Positions 1 through 8,000 of a DNA stretch of 64,000 nt are shown here, one piece after another. Every line of letters starts with the position of its first letter. Within the stretch, counting starts at the first letter, position 1. The DNA is from a bacterium (lineage in GTDB: Bacteria; Electryoneota; Electryoneia; Electryoneales; Electryoneaceae): contig CAXXKJ010000002.1 of the NCBI GenBank assembly GCA_963675295.2, forward strand, positions 960,001 through 1,024,000, read 5' to 3'. Below the pieces are notes generated by a model, which was not told the origin of the DNA, searched no databases, and was given only the letters and a program-made list of their open reading frames with translations. Both the position numbers and the translations under genes were made by a program.

Positions 1-2136
1 GGTGTACGCCGCCAGCCCGAGCAGTCCGAGACACGCGATGAACACGGCCAAGCCGGCGAACCATGTAAACAGCGTCATCACCTGCTGCTCGCCACGGTAC
101 AGGTTTTCGAGCCGCTGGTCGAGGAAGTCATACTGGAACGGCCAGTTGGGCCAGTATTCGTCCCAGATATCCTCGAGCAGATTCATCACCGCCATGGTCT
201 GGCCGGGCGCGGCACCCAACGAGATGTTGCCGCTCCACTGCGGCCGGATGTAGAAGAAGATCGGGGTGATCTCCTGGTGCAACGACTCGAAGTGGAAGTC
301 CTTGACGATCCCGACGATGGTCATGTCCTGATCGTTGTAGACGATCCGTTTGCCGACGGCGTCGTCCACGTTGCTGTTGCCGGCGACTCGGGCGGCGGTT
401 TCGTTGATGATGCACGCGCTGGCGGAATCGGTTGCGAGCGCGGGATCGAAATCCCGTCCGGCGACCATCGGGATGTCGTAGACGCGGAAGAAGTCGGCGT
501 CCACCTTGACGTCCGGGAGACGGATCGGGTACTCGATGATTTCGTCCCCGGCCTCAATCTGTGCCCCGCCGGAATCGAGCAGGCGGCTGGAAGGGATGCG
601 GCTCGAGGTGGTCGCCGCGATCACGCCCGGATGCGACTGCAACCGTTGCTTGATCAACGGCCAGTCGTTGCGCATCTCGTCATCACCCACCGACATGCGG
701 ATGATGTTCTCCGTTTCGAAGCCCAGCGTTTTGTGCTGGATGTACTGCATCTGCTTGAGTACCACGCCGACCGCGACGATCAGCCCGACCGAGACGACAA
801 ATTGGCTGACGACCAGCGCCTTGCGAACAATCGCGCCGCGTTTGCCGTGGGTGAGTTCGCCGCGCAGGATGCGATTCGGCGTGAAGCCGCTGAGGTACAT
901 CGCCGGGTAGAATCCGGCGAGCAGGGAGACCAGCAGCCAGACACCGATCAGTGCCGGGATGGTCCACAGATTGGTAAACGGTGCGAAGTCGAGTGGGCGT
1001 CCGATCAGATTGTCGAAATAGGGCAGCGCCAGCTCAACGAGAATTACTGCCAGAACCAGCGCCATCGCGGTGATCAGCATCGATTCGCCGAGGAATTGCG
1101 CCAGCAGCATCTTGCGGTTTGCGCCGATGACCTTGCGGAGGCCGACCTCACGAGCGCGCCCCGCAGAACGTGCGGTCGCGAGGTTCATGAAGTTGACGCA
1201 GGCGAGAATCAGGATCGAGATCCCGATCGCAGAGAACAGCCATACGTGCCGGATGTCGCCACGTTGCGTGCGTTCGTCCGCCAGGTGCGAGCGCAGGTGG
1301 ATTGAACTAAGCGGTTGCAGCTTGAGCCGGGTCCAGGAGGAAGCGTAGCCGATGCCGCCGTCCTCGCGTTCGAAGGTGGGCATCCGCTTGTCAAGGAAGC
1401 CGGGCAGTTTCGCTTCGAAGGCGTCCGGGTCGAATCCCTCCGGCACGAGGATGTAGGTGCCGAAATTGTTGCTGCCCCAGTTGTCGCTCTCGAATATGTC
1501 CCATTCCCGTTCGATGGTCGCGAAGGACGCGATCGCGTGCGCGGGCAGGTGCGTGTTGTGCGACATCGTTTCGAAGACGCCGGTGATTTTGACGTCGTAG
1601 GTGTTGTCCAGCTTGACCGTTTCGCCGACAACGTCGGTTCGTCCGAAGATCCGATTCGCGAGATCCTCGGAGAGGAGAACGCAATTCGGGTCAGTCAACG
1701 CCGTCGCCGGATCACCGTGCACCAGCGGCAGGGTGAACACCTCGAAGAAGTCCTGCTCGGCGAACATGTACTGGTCTTCCTGCACGTGCCGGGCGTCCTC
1801 ACCATCACCGGTGCTGAACAGCCACATGCCGCCGTACCAGATCCGGGTTACTTCCTCCAGCTCCGGGAAATCTTCCTGCAGGTACGGGCCGAAGGGTGGC
1901 GCGATATGGCTCAACGCGAGGCTGACCTCACCATTCGGGTTGAGGAAGTCGCGCACGACGCGGTAGATCCGGTCCGCGTGTTCGTGTTGCTGGTCGTAGG
2001 AGAGTTCGTCCTGCACATACAGCCCGATCAGGAGGCAGACGGCAATGCCGACCGCAAGTCCGAGCACGTTGATCAGGGAATAGACTCGATGCTTGCGCAG
2101 GTTTCGCCAGGCGATCTTGAGGTAGCTGGTCAGCAT
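1..2136 (-). CDS. ABC transporter permease, MacB/FtsX family (3' end runs off window)
   Basis: Not in the ORF track because it has no stop in the window. Manual reverse translation from the ATG at 2136 gives MLTSYLKIAWRNLRKHRVYSLINVLGLAVGIAVCLLI...ACVNFMNLATARSAGRAREVGLRKVIGA...CLGLLGLAAYT, paralogous to the permeases at 5550, 8001 and 10650. Confidence 0.93.
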   Translation of the reverse strand, partial: MLTSYLKIAWRNLRKHRVYSLINVLGLAVGIAVCLLIGLYVQDELSYDQQHEHADRIYRVVRDFLNPNGEVSLALSHIAPPFGPYLQEDFPELEEVTRIWYGGMWLFSTGDGEDARHVQEDQYMFAEQDFFEVFTLPLVHGDPATALTDPNCVLLSEDLANRIFGRTDVVGETVKLDNTYDVKITGVFETMSHNTHLPAHAIASFATIEREWDIFESDNWGSNNFGTYILVPEGFDPDAFEAKLPGFLDKRMPTFEREDGGIGYASSWTRLKLQPLSSIHLRSHLADERTQRGDIRHVWLFSAIGISILILACVNFMNLATARSAGRAREVGLRKVIGANRKMLLAQFLGESMLITAMALVLAVILVELALPYFDNLIGRPLDFAPFTNLWTIPALIGVWLLVSLLAGFYPAMYLSGFTPNRILRGELTHGKRGAIVRKALVVSQFVVSVGLIVAVGVVLKQMQYIQHKTLGFETENIIRMSVGDDEMRNDWPLIKQRLQSHPGVIAATTSSRIPSSRLLDSGGAQIEAGDEIIEYPIRLPDVKVDADFFRVYDIPMVAGRDFDPALATDSASACIINETAARVAGNSNVDDAVGKRIVYNDQDMTIVGIVKDFHFESLHQEITPIFFYIRPQWSGNISLGAAPGQTMAVMNLLEDIWDEYWPNWPFQYDFLDQRLENLYRGEQQVMTLFTWFAGLAVFIACLGLLGLAAYT

Positions 2137-2185
2137 GGGAGGGGGCTCCCGTTAGAGAATTTGGCTGTCTTAACTCTCCCGGGGA

Positions 2186-2232
2186 AAAAGAAACTGCGGG
2201 GAGACGACGTGTCTGACTCGTCATCTCCCCGC
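2186..2232 (-). terminator. Intrinsic terminator in the leader of the divergent permease
   Basis: Minus strand GCGGGGAGATGACG-agtcagaca-CGTCGTCTCCCCGC (14-bp stem, one G-U) followed by AGTTTCTTTTT. Confidence 0.75.
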
Positions 2233-2350
2233 GCTGTATATGGGGAGAGCGGGAGGGGGCTGGCACCACAAACGGGGGTGTGGGGGTGCACTGCGCAACG
2301 GAACTGTCGGAACGCTTGCGGACCAACTCCCCTCCCGCAACAAACTCTCT

Positions 2351-2367
2351 AGCAAGCTGCGTTCCAA
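2351..2367 (-). promoter_or_regulatory. sigma54 (-24/-12) promoter, leftward
   Basis: Minus strand TTGGAACGCAGCTTGCT = GG-N10-GC, close to the TGGCAC-N5-TTGC consensus. Confidence 0.75.
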
Positions 2368-2441
2368 TTGTCAGACGACGCCGTATCCGTTGTGGTTACA
2401 GGGCTCGTCTCCGGAGGAGTCTGCCGAGAGGCGGGGGGATG

Positions 2442-2478
2442 TGTACGCTGGCGTACACTTGCGTACAGCAACCGGACA
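2442..2478. promoter_or_regulatory. Putative enhancer (UAS) for the NtrC-family regulator
   Basis: Palindrome TGTACG-CTGG-CGTACA (2442-2457) plus a second CGGACA half-site 21 bp on; the same motif recurs at 13348, 21533 and 21555. Confidence 0.7.
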
Positions 2479-2530
2479 CTTGCGCGCCGGACACGACGCA
2501 AAAACCCTTGCCAGGCGTAGAAAAACGATT

Positions 2531-2545
2531 CGGCACGGCGTTGGC
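2531..2545 (+). promoter_or_regulatory. sigma54 (-24/-12) promoter, rightward
   Basis: CGGCACGGCGTTGGC = GG-N10-GC, 45 bp upstream of the adaptor ATG. Confidence 0.65.
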
Positions 2546-2590
2546 GTACGCAACGATAACGAACGCCAATAGCCGGCAGACAGGAGAACG

Positions 2591-3844
2591 ATGGATCGCC
2601 CAATCAAAAAGAAGAAGTGGACCGTGAAGCGCATCATCACCTGGGGTGGTGGCGCGGTGCTCGTGGTTCTTGTGATCTACAACCTCTTCTTTGTCGAACA
2701 CCTGAGCACGCTCGCAGTCGCCCAGGAGCGTCTGACGCTATCCGAGGTCGAGGAGGGGCTGTACCTCGACTTCATCCTCGCGAACGGGACCGTGATGCCG
2801 TTGAACACGGTCTACCTCGACGCCGTCGAGGGCGGACAGGTGGAAGAGATCTTCGTGATGGAAGGCGAAGTGCTAGAGGAAGGCGAACCGATCCTGCGTC
2901 TCGACAACACCAGTCTGCGCATGGACATCATGTACCGCGAGGCGGAGCAGTTCCAGCAGATCAACAACTTGCAGAACACGCGTCTGACGATGGAGCAGCG
3001 CAGCCTCGATCTGCGCGGCCAGTTGCTGCAGCTCGACCTGCAGATCGGCGAAGCCCGGCGTCAATACCAGCGCGACAGCACCCTGTATACCAAGGGACTG
3101 GTCAGCGAATTCGATTACCAGGACACGCGCGATAACTACACGTACCTCAGCAAACGTCGCCAGCTGACCCTCGAGAATCACCGCACCGATTCGCTTTTCC
3201 GTGCGCAGCAGATTGAGCAGCTGGAAGCGGGTGTGGCGCGCATGCGTGCGAACCTTGAAGTGGTCAAGCAGCGGCTCGACCGTCTGACCCTGCGTGCGCC
3301 GATTGCTGGCCAGTTGACGCAGTTGAACGCCGAGCTCGGTCAGTCGATGGGCCAGGGCCAGCGTATCGGACAGATCGACCGGCTGGACGGATTCAAGATT
3401 CGCGGCTCCATCGATGAACACTACATCGCGCGCATCAATCGCGGCCTGCGTGGTGTGTTCGACTTCGCGGGGCGGACGCATGAGTTACGGATCACGCGCG
3501 TGTACCCGGAGGTATCCGGCGGACGGTTCGAGGTGGACATGGAGTTTGCCAACGGTGTCCCTGAGGGGTTGCGCCGTGGCCAGACCGTGCGTCTCAACAT
3601 CGAATTGGGCCAGCCGAGTGAGGCGTTGCTGATCTCACGTGGTGGATTCTACCAGAGCACCGGCGGCCAGTGGGTGTTTGTCGTCAATGCGGACACCAGC
3701 GAAGCGGTCCGGCGTCCGATCCAGATCGGGCGGCAGAACCGTGAACACTACGAGGTGCTGAGCGGGCTCGAACCGGGCGAGGTGGTGATTACGAGTAGCT
3801 ACGACACGTTCGGCGACGTCGAACGGTTGACCATACGGAACTAG
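2591..3844 (+). CDS. Efflux periplasmic adaptor subunit (HlyD/MacA family)
   Basis: N-terminal TM helix, lipoyl halves (GGQVEEIFVMEGE; LRAPIAG), long coiled coil, C-terminal EVLSGLEPGEVVITS; RBS AGGAG. Confidence 0.92.
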   Translation: MDRPIKKKKWTVKRIITWGGGAVLVVLVIYNLFFVEHLSTLAVAQERLTLSEVEEGLYLDFILANGTVMPLNTVYLDAVEGGQVEEIFVMEGEVLEEGEPILRLDNTSLRMDIMYREAEQFQQINNLQNTRLTMEQRSLDLRGQLLQLDLQIGEARRQYQRDSTLYTKGLVSEFDYQDTRDNYTYLSKRRQLTLENHRTDSLFRAQQIEQLEAGVARMRANLEVVKQRLDRLTLRAPIAGQLTQLNAELGQSMGQGQRIGQIDRLDGFKIRGSIDEHYIARINRGLRGVFDFAGRTHELRITRVYPEVSGGRFEVDMEFANGVPEGLRRGQTVRLNIELGQPSEALLISRGGFYQSTGGQWVFVVNADTSEAVRRPIQIGRQNREHYEVLSGLEPGEVVITSSYDTFGDVERLTIRN

Positions 3845-3909
3845 AACGGTAGCCGGTTGTCGGTAGTCGGTAACTGAAGCCGTGTCATTGTGGTCCTCTG
3901 AACAGGACC

Positions 3910-3938
3910 GAGAGACAAAAGACAAGAGACAAGAGACG
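3910..3938. repeat. Short heptamer tandem repeat (GAGACAA)n
   Basis: gagacaa aagacaa gagacaa gagac between adaptor and ATPase. Confidence 0.6.
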
Positions 3939-3957
3939 ACATAGAGAGGGACCAGCG

Positions 3958-4716
3958 ATGCCAGTCGATACCAACGTCGAGGTCAAGGAAACGGTGAAGC
4001 AGGTGGATCTGCCTGATACCCGCGCGCTGATGCGCACCAACGACCTGAAGAAAGTGTACACCACGGAAGAAGTTGAGACGACCGCGTTGAACGGCGTCAG
4101 CATCCAGATCAACCAGGGCGAGTTTGTCGCGATCATGGGCCCGTCCGGTTGCGGCAAGTCGACGCTGCTGAATGTGCTTGGTTTGCTCGACAACCCGTCA
4201 GGCGGGGAATATCACTTCCTCGATCAGGATGTCAGCCGTCACGGCGAACGTCAGCTCGCCAACCTGCGCAAACGCAACATCGGCTTCGTCTTCCAGAGCT
4301 TTAACCTGATCGATGAGCTGACTGTGTTCGAGAACGTCGAGCTGCCGTTGCTGTATCTCGGTGTCAGCGCGTCCGACCGCAAGGCGCGGGTAACGGAAGC
4401 GTTGGAGAAGATGCAGATCATGCACCGCCAGAAGCATTTCCCGCAGCAGTTGTCCGGTGGTCAGCAGCAGCGTGTTGCGGTGGCGCGTGCCGTGGTTGCA
4501 AGGCCGAAGATCATCCTCGCGGACGAGCCGACCGGTAACCTCGACTCCGCGCACGGTGACGAAGTCATGGGCCTGCTGCAGCAACTGCACAACGAAGGCA
4601 CGACGATCGTGATGGTCACCCACTCCCCGGCCTACGCCGAATACGCGCAGCGGGTGATTCACCTGTTCGACGGTCAGGTTGTGACGGAGAATATCGCCGA
4701 CCGGCCGTTGCTCTAA
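3958..4716 (+). CDS. ABC transporter ATP-binding protein (LolD/MacB-type)
   Basis: Walker A GPSGCGKST, signature LSGGQQQR, Walker [13 protein letters not shown]-loop VTH. Confidence 0.95.
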   Translation: MPVDTNVEVKETVKQVDLPDTRALMRTNDLKKVYTTEEVETTALNGVSIQINQGEFVAIMGPSGCGKSTLLNVLGLLDNPSGGEYHFLDQDVSRHGERQLANLRKRNIGFVFQSFNLIDELTVFENVELPLLYLGVSASDRKARVTEALEKMQIMHRQKHFPQQLSGGQQQRVAVARAVVARPKIILADEPTGNLDSAHGDEVMGLLQQLHNEGTTIVMVTHSPAYAEYAQRVIHLFDGQVVTENIADRPLL

Positions 4717-4794
4717 TCGACTCAGTACCGCGGGATTCCAAGCCCGGAGTCCCGCGGCCTGTTGTTTCACCCCCATCCCCGGAGACACTTCGCC

Positions 4795-5538
4795 ATGAGT
4801 GAAACGATGACCATGGACAGTAAAGCAGGCGCGGCGGGCCTGAAACACGACCAACCGCTCATCGAAGTGATTGATCTGTTCAAGTATTACGCCAACAACT
4901 TCGTCAAGACGTATGTGCTGCAGGACGTCACGCTGAGCATCGCGGACGGCGAATTCCTCTCGATCATGGGGCCGTCCGGTGCTGGCAAGTCGACGCTGCT
5001 GCACATCCTCGGCATGCTCGACGAAGCGAATCAGGGCCAGTACCTGTTCCTCAACGAACCGGTGCATCGTTTCAACGAGAAGCGCCGCACCGCGCTGCAC
5101 CGGGAACACGTCGGGTTCATCTTCCAGGCGTACCACCTGATCGACGACCTAACGGTGTACGAAAACCTCGAGACACCGTTGCTGTACAAAAAGGTGAAGG
5201 GCAGTGAACGCAAGGGTCTGGTCAACGACACCCTCGACCGGTTCAACATCGTGGCGAAGAAAGACCTGTTCCCACATCAGTTGTCCGGCGGCCAGCAGCA
5301 GCTGGTGGCGGTCGCGCGGGCGTTGATCACCCGTCCGAAGGTGATTTTCGCGGACGAACCGACCGGCAACTTGAACAGTAAGCAGGGCACGGAGATCATG
5401 GAGATGCTCGCGCAGCTGAACCGGGAGGAGGGTACGACGATCGTGCAGGTGACGCACGATGAAGTCAAGGCCCGCTACGGCCACCGCGTGATCCACCTGC
5501 TCGACGGGCGGATCGAACGGGAAGAGATCGTCAGTTAA
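4795..5538 (+). CDS. Second ABC transporter ATP-binding protein (LolD/MacB-type)
   Basis: [30 protein letters not shown]. The start was chosen at ATG 4795 after GGAG and may be slightly later. Confidence 0.93.
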   Translation: MSETMTMDSKAGAAGLKHDQPLIEVIDLFKYYANNFVKTYVLQDVTLSIADGEFLSIMGPSGAGKSTLLHILGMLDEANQGQYLFLNEPVHRFNEKRRTALHREHVGFIFQAYHLIDDLTVYENLETPLLYKKVKGSERKGLVNDTLDRFNIVAKKDLFPHQLSGGQQQLVAVARALITRPKVIFADEPTGNLNSKQGTEIMEMLAQLNREEGTTIVQVTHDEVKARYGHRVIHLLDGRIEREEIVS

Positions 5539-5549
5539 CCGGAAATTCC

Positions 5550-7973
5550 ATGCTACGTAATTTCATCACCATCGCCTTGCGTGTCCTCTGGCGGCAGAAG
5601 CTGTACGCCGGGATCAACCTGCTCGGACTGTCCATCGCGATTGCGTTGTCGCTGCTGGTCGCGTTGTTCGTCGTGGAGGAATACAGCTACGACCGGTTCC
5701 ACGTGAATGCGGACCGTATTTACCTCATGAACCAGCATGAGAACCCGCCGGATCGTGACGAGTTCGGGTTCAATTCGACACCGTTCATCCTGGGGCCCTC
5801 ACTGCTGGAACAGAGTTCCGAGGTCGAACACGTCGTGCGAATGGCTGGCAGGCACTCTCGCGCGAAGGCAGGTGACCGGGCGTTTGAGCTTGAACTGTCA
5901 TTTGTCGATTCCTCGTTCTTCGACGTATTCAGTTTTGAGCTGCTGGAGTCGAATGCGGACAACCCGTTGCGGAATCTGAGTGGCGTGGTGTTGAAGGAAT
6001 CCATCGCCAGGCGGTTCTTCGGAAATGGGCCGTGGGTTGGCGAGTCGTTGCTGCTCGAACTGGAAGGTGAGGAACACGAATTCACCGTCTCCGGGGTAAC
6101 CGCTGATCCGCCGGCCACGTCAAGTATTGACTACCAGATTCTGGTTCCGATGGACGTGATCCGAAACGTTGTCAGCGACGATTTCCTGGCGGCGTGGATG
6201 ATCATCTGGCCGCAGACTTATGTCATGTTGCGCGAGGGTGCGAGCACCGCGCAATTCGATCAGGCGTTGCAGGCGATGTACGAAACGCACGATTTCGAAG
6301 GGCGTTTCGGCGATGCCGCTCCCTGGTACGAGTATGTCCCGCTGAAGGATTTTCACCTGCATGCTGAATTTGCCAGCCGCACGCTGAAGACCAGCAGCCC
6401 GGTCTACAGTCAGATCCTGCTCGGGATTGCGTTCCTGATTCTGGTGGTTGCGTCGGTCAATTACACCAGCCTCGCGCTTGGGCGTTCAGTGACCCGTTCG
6501 AAGGAAGTCGGGTTGCGCAAGGTGATGGGTGCCCAGGCGAGCCAGTTGCGGCGGCAGTTCCTCGGTGAGTCGCTCCTGCTGGCGTCGCTGGCGGTGCCGG
6601 TTGCGTGGGTGCTGGCCGAGCTGGCGTTGCCGTGGTTCAACAACGTGGCTGGGCGTGAGCTGAGTTTGACCATGAGCCCTTTGATCGGCGGGATTCTGCT
6701 TGGCCTGGTGCTGCTGATCGGTTTCAGTTCCGGTTTGTACCCGGCAGTGGTGCTCGCACGCTACAACCCGCAACGTGTGTTCAAGGGGGAATCGGCAATC
6801 GGTGGCGGCAGTCGTTTCATTCGCGGTCTTGTCGTGTTGCAGTACTGCCTCGCGGCGTTTCTTTTGATCGGCACCTTCCTGATGGGGCAGCAGCTCCAGT
6901 ACCTGCTCAACCGTGACCTCGGCTACGACGAATCACACGTTGTCAATCTCGCGACCAGTATTCGTTCGAGTGAGACGGCCAACGAACTGGTCGCCCGGTT
7001 CAAGGACAAGGCATTGCAGATTCCTGGTGTGCAGGAGGTTTCGGCGGTGTCGAACACCTTTGGCGGACCATGGGGGCAGGTCGGATTCAACACCGACGAT
7101 GGCCGTTTCATGCAGGTGTATGTCAACAGCATCGACCCGGATCTGTTCGAGACGATGGACTTTGAACTTGTTGCCGGCCGGGAGTATTCGCAGGATCGCC
7201 CCGCCGATTTCGTCAGCGGGATCATCGTCAACGAAGCGATGGTCAAGTTCATGGGTTGGTCCGAACCGCTCGGCCAACGCCTGCCGTGTTCCGAGATGGA
7301 AGCGCACGAAGTCATCGGTGTCGTCAAGGACTTCAATTTCGAAAGTCTGCACAGTACGGTTGAACCGTTAGTGCTGTTCGTCGAACACACCGCGCTCGCT
7401 CCCGGAATCAATGACATACTGAACTATCCGGGTGTGCGCAACCAACTGCTGGTGCGTCTTGACGGAGCCGACATTTCAGCCACGATGAAGCAGCTTGAGG
7501 CTGCGTGGTTTCAAGCCGCACCAGAGCAGCCGTTCGTGCCAGAATTCCTCGAGGACTATCTCAACGCGTACTACCAGAACGAACGTACGATGAGTGGCGT
7601 TGTCCGGGTGGCGTCGATGTTGACGGTACTGATTGCCGCGATGGGTCTGTTCGGACTGGTGTCGCTGGCGGTTGCACGACGGACGAAGGAGATCGGTGTG
7701 CGCAAGGTGCTGGGTGCGTCTGTGCCGCAGATCCTGACGTTGATGGCGCGTGAATTCTCGATCCTGATCCTTGTTGCGACGGTTTTGGCGTGGCCACTGA
7801 GCTGGTTCGCTGCTCAGCGATGGCTGGGTGGGTTCGCGTACCGGATTGAGCTGAATCCACTGGTATTTGCCGTGGTCACGTTGTCGCTGCTGGTCATGAG
7901 CTGGCTGACAATTGTGTTGTTGTCGCTACGCACCGCGATGCGCAATCCCGCACACGCGTTGCGTTACGAGTAA
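5550..7973 (+). CDS. ABC transporter permease, MacB/FtsX family (duplicated-domain type)
   Basis: 807 aa, two KE(V/I)G(L/V)RKV(M/L)GA motifs, ends ALRYE. Confidence 0.94.
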   Translation: MLRNFITIALRVLWRQKLYAGINLLGLSIAIALSLLVALFVVEEYSYDRFHVNADRIYLMNQHENPPDRDEFGFNSTPFILGPSLLEQSSEVEHVVRMAGRHSRAKAGDRAFELELSFVDSSFFDVFSFELLESNADNPLRNLSGVVLKESIARRFFGNGPWVGESLLLELEGEEHEFTVSGVTADPPATSSIDYQILVPMDVIRNVVSDDFLAAWMIIWPQTYVMLREGASTAQFDQALQAMYETHDFEGRFGDAAPWYEYVPLKDFHLHAEFASRTLKTSSPVYSQILLGIAFLILVVASVNYTSLALGRSVTRSKEVGLRKVMGAQASQLRRQFLGESLLLASLAVPVAWVLAELALPWFNNVAGRELSLTMSPLIGGILLGLVLLIGFSSGLYPAVVLARYNPQRVFKGESAIGGGSRFIRGLVVLQYCLAAFLLIGTFLMGQQLQYLLNRDLGYDESHVVNLATSIRSSETANELVARFKDKALQIPGVQEVSAVSNTFGGPWGQVGFNTDDGRFMQVYVNSIDPDLFETMDFELVAGREYSQDRPADFVSGIIVNEAMVKFMGWSEPLGQRLPCSEMEAHEVIGVVKDFNFESLHSTVEPLVLFVEHTALAPGINDILNYPGVRNQLLVRLDGADISATMKQLEAAWFQAAPEQPFVPEFLEDYLNAYYQNERTMSGVVRVASMLTVLIAAMGLFGLVSLAVARRTKEIGVRKVLGASVPQILTLMAREFSILILVATVLAWPLSWFAAQRWLGGFAYRIELNPLVFAVVTLSLLVMSWLTIVLLSLRTAMRNPAHALRYE

Positions 7974-8000
7974 AGTCGTTTCCCGGGGGAGGGACCGGAC

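Noticed and set aside
277-2352. Long + strand ORFs 277-1305 and 1315-2352
   Set aside because: Antisense shadows of the minus-strand permease. The same applies to the many other long antisense ORFs in this GC-rich DNA (e.g. 31474-32925, 36936-38174, 60052-61584).
4728-4757. 12-bp hairpin between the two ATPase genes
   Set aside because: The U-tract is weak and it sits mid-operon; it may stabilise mRNA but cannot be supported as a terminator.
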